A stretch of 64,000 nucleotides of DNA. Origin: Lachnospiraceae bacterium. GTDB lineage: Bacteria > Bacillota > Clostridia > Lachnospirales > Lachnospiraceae. Location of the stretch: positions 40,252-104,251 of the forward strand of contig JBJEMB010000268.1 in assembly GCA_051879455.1 (NCBI GenBank), in the 5' to 3' direction. Position numbers and translations under genes: made by a program. Positions 20,785-31,029 of the stretch are shown one piece after another (the stretch's first letter is position 1; each line of letters begins with the position of its first letter). The notes beneath the pieces were generated by a model. That model was not told the DNA's origin. It saw only the letters and a program-made list of their open reading frames with translations, and ran no database searches.

Positions 20785-21306
20785 ATGGCTTCATATTATT
20801 ATTTGATATCGAGCCTGCCGGATCTGAAAACAGAAGGGGAGATGCCGTTAACTTATAATGAGTTTCTCGGCATGTGCCAGTCAAATGTAAGCGAATCAAA
20901 GTATAAGTTTCTTAAGAATCTTACTCTTTCATCAGAAGAGGGACCGCTTGTGAAAGAATGGGCAGTTTTTTATAAGAATCTTATGAGGGAACTTAATTAT
21001 CAGAGAAGTATGAATCTGGGAAGACCTTATCTGACGTCTTATGACAAGGATTCTGTCATTGCGCAGGTAGCGGGAGCTGCACTGGCCGCAAAGAATCCGC
21101 TGGAGGCAGAGAAAATCTTGCTGGATTATGAATTTGAAATTCTTGATTCATTGGTAGGCTTGCATACTTTTGATGATGTTTATTTATTTGGGTATGCTAT
21201 TAAACTAAAATTGCTTGAGCGCCAGAGCTGTTTCGTTCAGAAAAAAGGACAAAAGGAATTCAAACGTCTTTTTGATCAGGTACAGCAGCGCGTATATAGC
21301 TTATAA
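20785..21306 (+). CDS. DUF2764 family protein (subunit C-like) of the V-ATPase operon
   Basis: YYYLISSLPDL N-terminus; HTFD..YLFGY.IKLKLLER; position between subunits E and A. Confidence 0.8.
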   Translation: MASYYYLISSLPDLKTEGEMPLTYNEFLGMCQSNVSESKYKFLKNLTLSSEEGPLVKEWAVFYKNLMRELNYQRSMNLGRPYLTSYDKDSVIAQVAGAALAAKNPLEAEKILLDYEFEILDSLVGLHTFDDVYLFGYAIKLKLLERQSCFVQKKGQKEFKRLFDQVQQRVYSL

Positions 21307-21319
21307 CAGGAGAGAATTA

Positions 21320-23050
21320 ATGGAAACAGTAACAGGATATGTAACTGGTATTAACGGAAACCTGGCAAATGTCAGCTTTGATGGTTCAGTTCATAAAAAT
21401 GAAGTTGCTTATATTCTTGTTGATGGGAAACGTCTCAAAGGAGAGGTTATCCGAATTAACAATGGTATTGCAAGCATGCAGATCTACGAGATGTCCAATG
21501 GTATTAAAGTTGGAGACCCTGTAGAATTTACTGGCGAACTGATGAGCGTAGAACTTGGTCCAGGTCTTCTGACCCAGGTATTTGACGGTCTTCAGAATCC
21601 ATTGCCGGATCTCGCAGAGCAATGCGGATTCTTCCTTGAGAGAGGTGTATATCTTGATCCTATTCCGGACAGAGAATGGGAATTTACACCATCTGTAAAA
21701 GTGGGAGATTCTGTGGAAGCAGGAGATTCTATTGGCAGTGTTCCTGAAGGATTATTTACACATGAAATTATGGTTCCATTCACACTGAAAGGTCGTGACT
21801 GGACAGTTAAATCAATTAAAGAAAAAGGCTCTTATCATGTAAGAGCAACTATTTGCGTAATTGCAAACAGTAAAGGCGAAGAAAAAGAACTCAGCATGGT
21901 TATTACACAGCCAATCAAACAGGCAGTAAAATGCTATGAAGAGAGACTTCGTCCGGATGAGCCTCTGGTAACAAAGATTCGTTGTATTGATGCTTTCCTT
22001 CCTGTAGCTAAAGGTGGAACATTCTGTGTTCCGGGACCTTTCGGAGCAGGTAAAACAGTTCTTCAGCATATGGAGGCTAAAAATGGTGAAGCAGATATTG
22101 TTATCGTAGCAGCATGTGGAGAGCGTGCAGGTGAGGTAGTAGAAATCTTAAAAGAATTCCCTGAACTGGAAGATCCTAAGACAGGGCGTTCTCTTATGGA
22201 AAGAACAATCATTATCTGTAACACATCTTCGATGCCTGTAGCAGCCAGAGAGGCTTCTTGCTATACTGCTGTTACGCTTGCTGAGTATTACAGACAGATG
22301 GGACTGGATGTCCTTCTTCTTGCGGATTCCACAAGCCGTTGGGCACAGGCGATGCGTGAGATGTCAGGACGTCTGGAAGAGATTCCTGGTGAAGAGGCAT
22401 TTCCTGCTTATCTCGAGTCAACGATTGCATCTTTCTATGAGAGAGCTGGTAAAGTACGACTTAAGAATGGTAAAGTTGCATCTGTAACGATCGGTGGTAC
22501 AGTATCACCTGCAGGAGGAAACTTTGAGGAGCCTGTAACGCAGGCAACACTGAAAGTAGTTGGAGCATTCCATGGACTTTCCAGAGAACGTTCTGATGCT
22601 CGTAAATACCCGGCGATCCATCCGATGGATTCATGGTCTAAGTACTCAGGTGTTGTAGATATGGGACGTATCGAAGAGGCGCGTTCGATTCTAAGAAGAG
22701 GAAACGAGATCAATCAGATGATGAAGGTAGTAGGTGAGGAAGGAACATCCGCAGAAGATTACATTATCTATCAGAAAGGTGAACTTCTCGACTCTGTATA
22801 CCTTCAGCAGAACTCATTCGATCCAATCGATGCAGCTTGTTCTCCGGAGAGACAGAGAGAAGAGTTCGATAAGCTTTATGATGCATTAATGAAGTCCTAT
22901 GACTTGGAAGACAAGAAAGAAATCCGAGGCTTCTTCAACCAGTTGAGACAGGAGTTCCTTGACTGGCACGGTACTCAGTTCCAGACACCAGAGTACTACG
23001 AACAGGCGAAGAAAATTTCAGAATTCTACATGTCGAAAGCAGTTGAGTAG
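21320..23050 (+). CDS. V-type ATPase catalytic subunit A
   Basis: [16 protein letters not shown]; Walker A GPFGAGKT; CGERAGE; [12 protein letters not shown]; [10 protein letters not shown]. Confidence 0.97.
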   Translation: METVTGYVTGINGNLANVSFDGSVHKNEVAYILVDGKRLKGEVIRINNGIASMQIYEMSNGIKVGDPVEFTGELMSVELGPGLLTQVFDGLQNPLPDLAEQCGFFLERGVYLDPIPDREWEFTPSVKVGDSVEAGDSIGSVPEGLFTHEIMVPFTLKGRDWTVKSIKEKGSYHVRATICVIANSKGEEKELSMVITQPIKQAVKCYEERLRPDEPLVTKIRCIDAFLPVAKGGTFCVPGPFGAGKTVLQHMEAKNGEADIVIVAACGERAGEVVEILKEFPELEDPKTGRSLMERTIIICNTSSMPVAAREASCYTAVTLAEYYRQMGLDVLLLADSTSRWAQAMREMSGRLEEIPGEEAFPAYLESTIASFYERAGKVRLKNGKVASVTIGGTVSPAGGNFEEPVTQATLKVVGAFHGLSRERSDARKYPAIHPMDSWSKYSGVVDMGRIEEARSILRRGNEINQMMKVVGEEGTSAEDYIIYQKGELLDSVYLQQNSFDPIDAACSPERQREEFDKLYDALMKSYDLEDKKEIRGFFNQLRQEFLDWHGTQFQTPEYYEQAKKISEFYMSKAVE

Positions 23051-23061
23051 GAGGTCCTAAA

Positions 23062-24357
23062 GTGCAGAAAGTATATACAAAAATTGAATCAATCGTCGGT
23101 AACGTAGTTACTGTCAGAGCTAAAGATGTCAGACTTGGTGACATTGCTCTTGTTGGTGACAGTTATGCGACAGTTATTAAACTTGATAAAGATGTGGTAT
23201 CTCTTCAGGTATTTGCAGGTGCACAGGGTGTAGGAACGAATGATCCGGTACGCTTTCTTGGAAGACCGATGATGGTTTCTTTCTCAGATCATTTGCTGGG
23301 ACGTGTCTTTGACGGAGCCGGAGTTCCAAGAGATCACGGTCCGGCACTTACCGAGAATATGATTCCGATAGGCGGACCTTCTTTTAACCCTGCAAAACGT
23401 ATTTTGCCAAAGAACATGATCCGTACAGGTATTCCTATGATCGACGTGTTCAATACACTTGTAGAGAGCCAGAAACTTCCGATTTTCTCTATTTCAGGTG
23501 AGCCATATAATGCTTTGCTTTCCCGTATTGCTCTCCAGGCAGAAGTAGATGTTATCGTGCTTGGTGGTATGGGTCTGAAATATGATGATTATCTTACATT
23601 CCGCGACACTCTTGAAAAGGGTGGTGCGATGAGCCATACAGTTATGTTTATTCATACTGCAGCCGATCCGATCGTAGAGTGTACACTCGTACCGGATATG
23701 GCACTTGCTGTTGCAGAGCAGTTTGCCCTTGCAGGAAAGAAAGTACTTGTTCTTCTTACTGATATGACAAACTTTGCAGATGCACAGAAGGAAATGGCTA
23801 TTACTATGGAACAGGTACCTTCTAACCGAGGTTATCCGGGAGATTTGTACAGCTGTCTTGCATCTCGTTATGAAAAAGCTGTTGATATCGAAGGAGCCGG
23901 ATCAATCACGATCCTTGGTGTTACAACGATGCCAGGTGATGATGTAACACATCCGGTACCGGATAATACAGGTTATATTACAGAAGGTCAGTATTATTTA
24001 AAGAATGGACATATTGAGCCGTTTGGATCCCTTTCACGTTTGAAACAGAACGTAAATGGCAAGACGAGAAATGACCATCGTGCTCTTATGGATGGTATGA
24101 TCCGTCTTTACGCTCAGTACAAGGAAGCTCTTGAGAAGAAATCCATGGGATTTCTTATGAGTGAATGGGATGATAAGCTTCTGAAATACGGTGAGCTTTT
24201 CGAAACAAAATTAATGGACCTTGGTGTTAATATTCCACTTGAAGATGCACTTGATCTTGGCTGGGAAATTCTTGCAGAGTGCTTTGAGCCAAATGAAACT
24301 GGTTTGAAGACGAGTCTTTTAAAAGAAAGATGGCCGGATAAAAATGCATTAAACTAA
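23062..24357 (+). CDS. V-type ATPase subunit B
   Basis: [22 protein letters not shown]; [10 protein letters not shown]; RGYPGDLYS; [15 protein letters not shown]. Confidence 0.97.
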   Translation: MQKVYTKIESIVGNVVTVRAKDVRLGDIALVGDSYATVIKLDKDVVSLQVFAGAQGVGTNDPVRFLGRPMMVSFSDHLLGRVFDGAGVPRDHGPALTENMIPIGGPSFNPAKRILPKNMIRTGIPMIDVFNTLVESQKLPIFSISGEPYNALLSRIALQAEVDVIVLGGMGLKYDDYLTFRDTLEKGGAMSHTVMFIHTAADPIVECTLVPDMALAVAEQFALAGKKVLVLLTDMTNFADAQKEMAITMEQVPSNRGYPGDLYSCLASRYEKAVDIEGAGSITILGVTTMPGDDVTHPVPDNTGYITEGQYYLKNGHIEPFGSLSRLKQNVNGKTRNDHRALMDGMIRLYAQYKEALEKKSMGFLMSEWDDKLLKYGELFETKLMDLGVNIPLEDALDLGWEILAECFEPNETGLKTSLLKERWPDKNALN

Positions 24358-24369
24358 AAGGAGTAGTTA

Positions 24370-24984
24370 ATGGCTATCAAACTTACAAAAAATGAGCAGA
24401 AGGTGCAGAAAGATCACTTGAAACAGTATCAGCGTTATCTTCCGACCCTGCAGCTAAAAAAGCAACAGCTGCAGTCGGTGATCATGAAGACCAAAGCTGA
24501 GCTGGAACAGAAGGAAGTCGAACGTGCTCAGATGATTGGAGATCTGGATGACTGGGTTGCAGTATTTGCGGAGAATGAAATCTTCGATGAGAGCAAAAAG
24601 CTTGATCATCTGGTACAGCCGGACACAGTCATCTGTAAGAATGAGAACATCGCGGGTGTTACAGTTCCTACATTTCAGGAGCTGACATTCAAAGACATTA
24701 ACTATGATGTTGACGACTATCCTTTGTGGGTTGATACTGCAATTATAAAACTCCGTGAGATTGCGCGTCTGGATGCGCTGGTATCGGTACTTCGTAAACA
24801 GGAAGCACTTCTTGAGAAAGAATTACGTTCTACATCTCAGAGAGTTAACCTGTTTGAGAAAGTTAAGATTCCGGAGGCTAAGGAAAATATCCGGATCATC
24901 GGTGTATTCCTTGGAGATCAGCAGACAGCGGCAGTTGTTCGCGGAAAAATTTCAAAGAAAAAACTTATGGAGGCGGCACAATGA
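24370..24984 (+). CDS. V-type ATPase subunit D
   Basis: IKLTKNE...LPTLQLKK; TSQRVNLFEKVKIP. Confidence 0.93.
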   Translation: MAIKLTKNEQKVQKDHLKQYQRYLPTLQLKKQQLQSVIMKTKAELEQKEVERAQMIGDLDDWVAVFAENEIFDESKKLDHLVQPDTVICKNENIAGVTVPTFQELTFKDINYDVDDYPLWVDTAIIKLREIARLDALVSVLRKQEALLEKELRSTSQRVNLFEKVKIPEAKENIRIIGVFLGDQQTAAVVRGKISKKKLMEAAQ

Positions 24985-26822
24985 TAGAGAAGATGAAAAT
25001 GGTCTACGTCGTGTCATCTGTCTCCAAAAAAGATGAGATGCTCGATGGACTTCGAACTCTCGGGATTCTGCATCTGTCAGAGAAAAAGAGTCCGGACCGT
25101 GCGGTGTCAGAAAGATTTACCACTCTTTCAAAAACAGCTTCCGCATTGATGGATTATGCACCGGATAAGAAATCCAAAAACAAAGAAGAGGCTCCGATTC
25201 TTTCGGACACTCAGTTTGAGGAAATGTATCAGGGTGTTTTGACAGCAATGGATAAAAAATCAGCTCTTATTCAGGAGATAAGTGCTGCCAATGCAGAAAT
25301 CGAACGTATTAAAGCCTGGGGTGATTTTGCACCGGGCGAACTGAAAGAATTAAAAGAAGCAGGGTATGATCTTCATTTTTACCGTTTAGGAAAGAATGAG
25401 TATGCGATGGCCGTAGAAGATCCGGATATCACGATCGTCCGCCTCGCATCAATTGATAAGATGGATACCGTTGCTGTAATAGGAACCTTGCCGTCAACCA
25501 TCCCGGCAGCTGAGTTCGCTGTTCCTGAGAAGGGAATAGGTGAACTGACAAAAGAGATAGAAAAAGCTCAGCAGGAAATTGCTGAGTGTGAGGAAGTCTT
25601 GAAGAAAGCTGCTGTGTATGATTCCAGCTTTCAGGTTCAGATGCTCAAGGCTCAGAATGCAGAGAATTATTCTTCCGCAAGTGAGACTGCAGAAAATGAT
25701 GACGATTTTGTCTGGATTTCAGGATATCTTCCAGAGGAAGAGCTGGATAAATTTAAAACTGCAGCCAGAGATAATAAGTGGGCATGGGCGCAGGAAGACG
25801 TGTCTTTGGAAGATACACAGATTCCTACAAAAGTAAAATACGGAAAACTGTCGGGATTAATTAAACCAGTGTTTGATATTCTGGGTATCTTGCCTGGATA
25901 TAGAGAATCAGATATTTCACTTTGGTTCTTCCTGTTTTTTACATTGTTCTTTGCAATGATCATTGGCGACGCTGGTTATGGTCTCCTCATTCTTATCGGA
26001 ACCATTGCATATGTGGCGAAATCAAAGAAACGAGATAATACAGTTTATTTGTTATTGGTACTTTCAATTTCGACAATTATATGGGGAGCGATTACCGGTA
26101 CATGGTTTGGTATGGAAAAGGCCATGGAAGTTCCGCTTCTTAAAGCAATGGTAATCCCTAATTTTGCCAGTTACCCGGAGTACTTTGGTGTGACAGCTCT
26201 TACTCAGCAGAACACGATCATGAAGTTCTCATTTTCCATCGGAGCAATTCAGATGGCACTTGGAAGTTTAATTTCTATCAAGAAAAAGATCGCTGAGAAG
26301 AATTTAAGCTGGGTGGCAGATTTAGGTTGGCTCATAGCAATTGTAGCAATGTATTTGTTATCACTTTACCTGGTTATTGGAGAGCAGATTAATATTAAGC
26401 CGGTATTCGCACTCATTGGTGTTGCGTTTGTCACGGTAGTACTCTTTGGAGGAATGTCGCCGGACCGAACATTTGCACAGGGAATCAAAGCAGGATTGGC
26501 GGATGCGTTTACAGTATTCTTAAATACGATCAGCTGTTTTGGTAATGTAATGAGTTATATCCGTCTGTTTGCGGTTGGTATGGCAGGTCTTGCCATCTCC
26601 CAGAGTTTTAACGGAATTGCGGCCGGTTTCCATGGTCCTCTCATGATCCTTGGTGTAGTGGTAGTGTTAATTGGACATGGACTTAATATTATCATGTGTT
26701 TCCTTTCAGTCGTAGTACATGGAGTCAGACTGAATGTTCTGGAGTTCTCAGGGCAGGCTGGTCTGGAATGGACAGGAATTGCATATGAACCATTTAAAGT
26801 CAACGATAAGATTAAAAAATAG
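24981..26822 (+). CDS. V-type ATPase subunit I (a)
   Basis: MIEKMK; FFAMIIGDAGYG; SYIRLFAVG (essential Arg); VHGVRLNVLEF. Confidence 0.95.
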   Translation: MIEKMKMVYVVSSVSKKDEMLDGLRTLGILHLSEKKSPDRAVSERFTTLSKTASALMDYAPDKKSKNKEEAPILSDTQFEEMYQGVLTAMDKKSALIQEISAANAEIERIKAWGDFAPGELKELKEAGYDLHFYRLGKNEYAMAVEDPDITIVRLASIDKMDTVAVIGTLPSTIPAAEFAVPEKGIGELTKEIEKAQQEIAECEEVLKKAAVYDSSFQVQMLKAQNAENYSSASETAENDDDFVWISGYLPEEELDKFKTAARDNKWAWAQEDVSLEDTQIPTKVKYGKLSGLIKPVFDILGILPGYRESDISLWFFLFFTLFFAMIIGDAGYGLLILIGTIAYVAKSKKRDNTVYLLLVLSISTIIWGAITGTWFGMEKAMEVPLLKAMVIPNFASYPEYFGVTALTQQNTIMKFSFSIGAIQMALGSLISIKKKIAEKNLSWVADLGWLIAIVAMYLLSLYLVIGEQINIKPVFALIGVAFVTVVLFGGMSPDRTFAQGIKAGLADAFTVFLNTISCFGNVMSYIRLFAVGMAGLAISQSFNGIAAGFHGPLMILGVVVVLIGHGLNIIMCFLSVVVHGVRLNVLEFSGQAGLEWTGIAYEPFKVNDKIKK

Positions 26823-26849
26823 TATTTATAAAGATAAAGGAGAATAATT

Positions 26850-27284
26850 ATGAATTTAGCATTTGTTGGAATGGCAGCTGCACTTGGTTTGTCCGCTTCA
26901 GGATCAGCATTTGGTGCAGGATTTGCCGGAATGGCATCAGTTGGAGCATGGAAGAAATGTTATGCAAGTGGAAAACCAGCACCGTTCATTATGATCGCAT
27001 TTTCTGGTGCACCTCTTACACAGACAATTTATGGCTTCCTTCTTATGAACTTTATTAAATCTGCAATGGCAGGCGGTGGAGATCCGGGTCTTGCTCTTGG
27101 AGTTGGTATCTTTGGAGGTCTCGCAATTGGTCTTTCCGGATTGTTCCAGGGAAAATGTGCTGCAGCAGCTGCGGATGCATTGGGAGCAACAGGAAAAGGT
27201 ACAGCGAACTACTTTATCGTAGTAGGTATCGTAGAGACGGTAGCGCTTTTTACATTGGTATTCAGCTTGCTGCTGTTAGGCTAA
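26850..27284 (+). CDS. V-type ATPase subunit K (4-TM c subunit)
   Basis: APLTQTIYG; LFQGK; IVETVALF; a single carboxylate (E129). Confidence 0.93.
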   Translation: MNLAFVGMAAALGLSASGSAFGAGFAGMASVGAWKKCYASGKPAPFIMIAFSGAPLTQTIYGFLLMNFIKSAMAGGGDPGLALGVGIFGGLAIGLSGLFQGKCAAAAADALGATGKGTANYFIVVGIVETVALFTLVFSLLLLG

Positions 27285-27312
27285 GAACGAATTTAAAAAA
27301 GTTTATCAGTAG

Positions 27313-27356
27313 AAATGAAAAGGCATCTTTCAGCGTGAAAGATGCCTCTTTCATTT
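27313..27356 (+). terminator. Terminator of the V-ATPase operon
   Basis: Perfect 12-bp aggcatctttca-gcg-tgaaagatgcct, extended by aaatgaaa/tttcattt. Confidence 0.8.
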
Positions 27357-27366
27357 GTGCCATCAC

Positions 27367-27414
27367 AAAGATTAGAAAGTTTGATCTTAAAGATTAGAAA
27401 GTTTCATCTTAAAG
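27367..27414. repeat. Tandem 22-bp direct repeat upstream of a promoter
   Basis: aaagattagaaagtttgatctt + aaagattagaaagtttcatctt + aaag; TATAAT at 27442-27447 with a poor -35 (TTGTGG). Confidence 0.85.
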
Positions 27415-27527
27415 TCTATTGTGGTTTGTACAATCTAATAGTATAATAAAAAAATTACATTAATATATGGATACAATGCATAATTAATAAAATGGTATGA
27501 GGTTATCTTATAGGAGGAAAAAAGGAG

Positions 27528-29343
27528 ATGGAGAAAAAGAAAGGTGTATCTGCTATTGATTTTTTTGTATCGGCTTTGGGGCGATTGTAGGAGTCGGTTG
27601 GGCAGTTTCAATCAATAGCTGGATGAACAGCAGTGGAGGTCCGCTGCCAGCTGCAGCAGGATATTTGGTGGCAATGATTCTTATGGTGCCAATTGCTCTT
27701 TGTTATTGTGAGCTTTGTACCATGCTTCCTGTATCCGGTGGTGGTATGGCGTATGCATTCCGTGCGTTTGGTGACAGAATTGCATTTATTTCAGGATGGG
27801 CTGCGTTCGGAGCGTTCATTACAATTATTCCGTGGGAGGCAATTATGTTGGAAATCTGCAGCCATTTTATGAGAATACAGGAACAGGAAGCCACAGCTCA
27901 TTTATCGGTGGTATGGCCTCCATCCTTGCATCTGTACCATTCTTCCTTGCTGGATTTGAGACAATCCCCCAGGGAATTGAAAGTGCCGGCGGAGATACGA
28001 AAGGGGTAGGAAAAACTGTAGTGATCACAGTTGTGTTATCCTGTCTTTTCTACGCATTACTTCTTTTTACGTTAGGCGGAGCTCTTCCATGGAAAGATTT
28101 TATCAAATTTTCAAATCCGGCTGCGGCACTGATGTTCCGTTCACTCTATCCGGGTGGAATTGGAAATGTTTTATATGTACTGATTTTGTTTGGCGCGGTT
28201 TGCGGTCTTCTTACGACCTGGAATGGTTTTATGATGGCATCTTCACAGATACTCATGGCCATGGCAAGAGTAAGTATTGTACCATTTAGCTTATCAAGAC
28301 AGCACCCGGTTTACAAAACACCGATTAATGCATTAAAAGTCAGCTTGGTTGCATCTCTGATTGGACCATTTTTAGGAAGTGGTTTGATTGGTTCACTTAC
28401 AAGTTTCTCTGCAGCGGGTTATGTGGCAAGCTGGATGATCACAGCATTTTGCCTGATTGTTCTCAGAAAGAAAGAGCCGGCACTTAAAAGACCATATAAG
28501 ATTCCGGGAGGCTTGCCGATGGCATGGTTTGCGGCAATCTGTATGACAGGGTTATTTATTCTTTTGTTTGTACCTGGACAGCCGGTATTCATGGGTGGAG
28601 GAGCAATCTTTATCTTCGTAGCATGGATGCTCGCCGGTGGAGTGTTGTATCTGAAAGACTACAGGGCAAGGAAACAGTACTCAACACTTACAAGAGCTGC
28701 GTTCCTCTTTGCAAGTATGTCAGAATCGAACTCAACGATCACATTACCGGGATCTGTGGACAGTTTCGAAAGCGATTACAAAGTTATGTCCTTCGTAGTT
28801 CCAAAAGATGCAGAGTATGCTGGAAAAACTCTTGCAGAACTTTACTGGGGACGCAGACAGAATGTATTTATTATTAAGATTGAAAGAAAGACAGAGATTA
28901 TTCTTGTTCCGGGCGGAAGTGTTCATGTATATAGCGGAGATCGTGTATTTGCAGTTGGTGTTGCAAAGGCACTTGACAGATTCCGTGATTATCAGGATGT
29001 CGGACAAAAATATTCTGTTTCAACACTGAAAGATTTTATGGGTTATGGTGACACAGAGAAACAGTCACCACTTAGCTGTATTGAGTATCGTGTATTGCCA
29101 ACAGATACATTCTGTGATATGCTGATCCGAGAGTCAAGGATTCAGGACCGCTATCATCTTATGATCGTAGGACTGAAAACGCCTTACAGTAAAATTCTTG
29201 AACTTCCGACTGCTACAACTCTGATTGAGGCAGGCGACATTCTCTGGATGATGGGTTCCGAGGATGCGATAGAAGACTTTGAAGAAATCTGCAGAAGAGA
29301 AGCCGAAGAAAAAGGAGAGAAAACAACCGGATTAGAGGTTTAA
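27528..29343 (+). pseudogene. Disrupted APC amino-acid permease fused to two RCK_C (TrkA-C) domains
   Basis: RBS aaggag plus ATG 27528; reading frame changes at T7 (27560-27566) and near 27844; GFGAIVGVGW, P.SGGG.AY, FLAGFETIP, PYKIPGG motifs; only 10 of the expected 12 TM segments. Confidence 0.85.
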
Positions 29344-29360
29344 TCAGAGGAGGTGTTTCA

Positions 29361-29795
29361 GTGAAAATGAATCGGAATGATACATGTGGCATGATGATCA
29401 TGCAGATTCATAATGCGCTTGAGAAAGAATGCAATCAGCAGCTGAAAGAAAATAATTTAACGTTTTCACAGATGCGGGCACTTCATGCGATCATTGAAAC
29501 ACCATCTCGAAAAATGTCTTTTAAAGAGCTGGAAAAGGTTCTTATGCTGGCACAGTCAACAACAGTAGGGCTGATTTCAAGACTGGAGCAGAAAAAGTTG
29601 GTGTCTGTGTCGGGGGACAGAGACGATAAAAGAATCAAATATGTTGAGATTACTTCATTAGGTGAGGCGTTTTGTAAAAGCGCTGAAAAAAATATGATCC
29701 AGTCTGAAGAGAAGCTCTTGTCAAATCTTTCTGATTCGGAGAGGGAAATATTTATCAGATTATTAAAACTTGTAAATGAAACAATGAATGGTTGA
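29361..29795 (+). CDS. MarR family regulator
   Basis: LTFSQMRAL; LAQSTTVGLISRLEQKKLV; DDKRIKYVEITSLG. Confidence 0.9.
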   Translation: MKMNRNDTCGMMIMQIHNALEKECNQQLKENNLTFSQMRALHAIIETPSRKMSFKELEKVLMLAQSTTVGLISRLEQKKLVSVSGDRDDKRIKYVEITSLGEAFCKSAEKNMIQSEEKLLSNLSDSEREIFIRLLKLVNETMNG

Positions 29796-29821
29796 AATAT
29801 CTGCTGTTACAGCAGATATTT
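29795..29821. terminator. Hairpin after marR (possible terminator or operator)
   Basis: Perfect 12-bp aaatatctgctg-tta-cagcagatattt. Confidence 0.6.
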
Positions 29822-29889
29822 ATATACACATATCAATCGCATACTATCAAACGCTTGCGATTAGAATGAAAAATAAGGAGGAATAGAAA

Positions 29890-30970
29890 ATGGAAAACAA
29901 AAATATGGGGATTTTCAGTAAAGCACCTGTGTCACAGGCAATTTTAAAAAATGCATTACCTGCAATGATGGCTATGCTTATGGTTTTGGTTTACAATCTG
30001 GCTGATACGTTTTTTATCGGGCAGACGCATGATGCACTGCAGGTGGCTGCAGTTTCGCTGGCCACCCCTGTCTTTCTGCTGTTTATGGCTGTAGGAACAA
30101 TCTTTGGTATAGGAGGTACCTCTGTGATATCAAGAGCAATGGGAGAAGGGCGTCTTTCTTATGCAAAGAAGGTCTGCTCATTTTGCATGTGGTCGTGTGT
30201 GATCATAGGATTACTGATGTCGGTGTGTATGTTACTATTTATGGATTCCATATTAAGAGTGGTGGGGGCAAGTGCTGATACATGGAATTTTTCAAAAACA
30301 TATCTTCTGATTGTAGTTTTTTGTGGACCGTTTGTACTGATTTCTAATTGTTATTCGAATGTCATCCGTGCGGAAGGAAAATCCGGTAAAGCAATGATGG
30401 GAATGCTTCTTGGAAATCTTTTAAATGTTATCCTTGATCCTGTTTTCATCCTTTTCTTCCACTGGGATATCGCCGGTGCCGCAATTGCAACGGTCGTTGG
30501 AAATGTAGTCGGTGCGGGATATTATATCTTTTATTTCTTAAAAGGGAAATCCATATTGAGTGTAAATATAAAAGATTTTTGCATTAGTACTTGGAGTGGC
30601 TTTGACAGGATTATGTTTCTTGTTTACGAATCAGATTGTCAGTGTTTTTTTGACTGATCAGACTGCTTTTGGTTATGCTGTGCAGTTTACCAAGATACTT
30701 CTCACAACAGGTTTCTTGTTCGGAGTTTTCTATGTGCTGATCAATGCTTTGCAGGCTATGGGAGCAGCAACAGCTGCACTGATTATCAATATCAGCAGGC
30801 AGGGGCTCATTTATATTCCAGCACTGTTTATCCTGAATAAAATGATAGGGATGAGCGGACTTGTATGGGCGCAGCCGGTAGCGGATGTGCTGTCGCTGGT
30901 GCTCGCATGTTTCCTGTATCTGAAAACATTAAAAAAAATGACGATGGAAATTGAAAAAAGAGAAGAATAA
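29890..30970 (+). pseudogene. MATE (MepA-like) transporter with an internal out-of-frame deletion
   Basis: N-terminal half runs to ..NIKDF; C-terminal half ALVLGVALTG.. resumes in another frame at 30581 across T5 (30576-30580); joined length about 359 aa, against about 450 typical. Confidence 0.8.
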
Positions 30971-31029
30971 TTATATAATATCAAAGTGCTTTTGAAGGGG
31001 ATAAAAATATATTTGCGAGGAGAAAGACT

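Noticed and set aside
27623-28009. Independent 128-aa gene
   Set aside because: It is the middle fragment of the frameshifted APC permease
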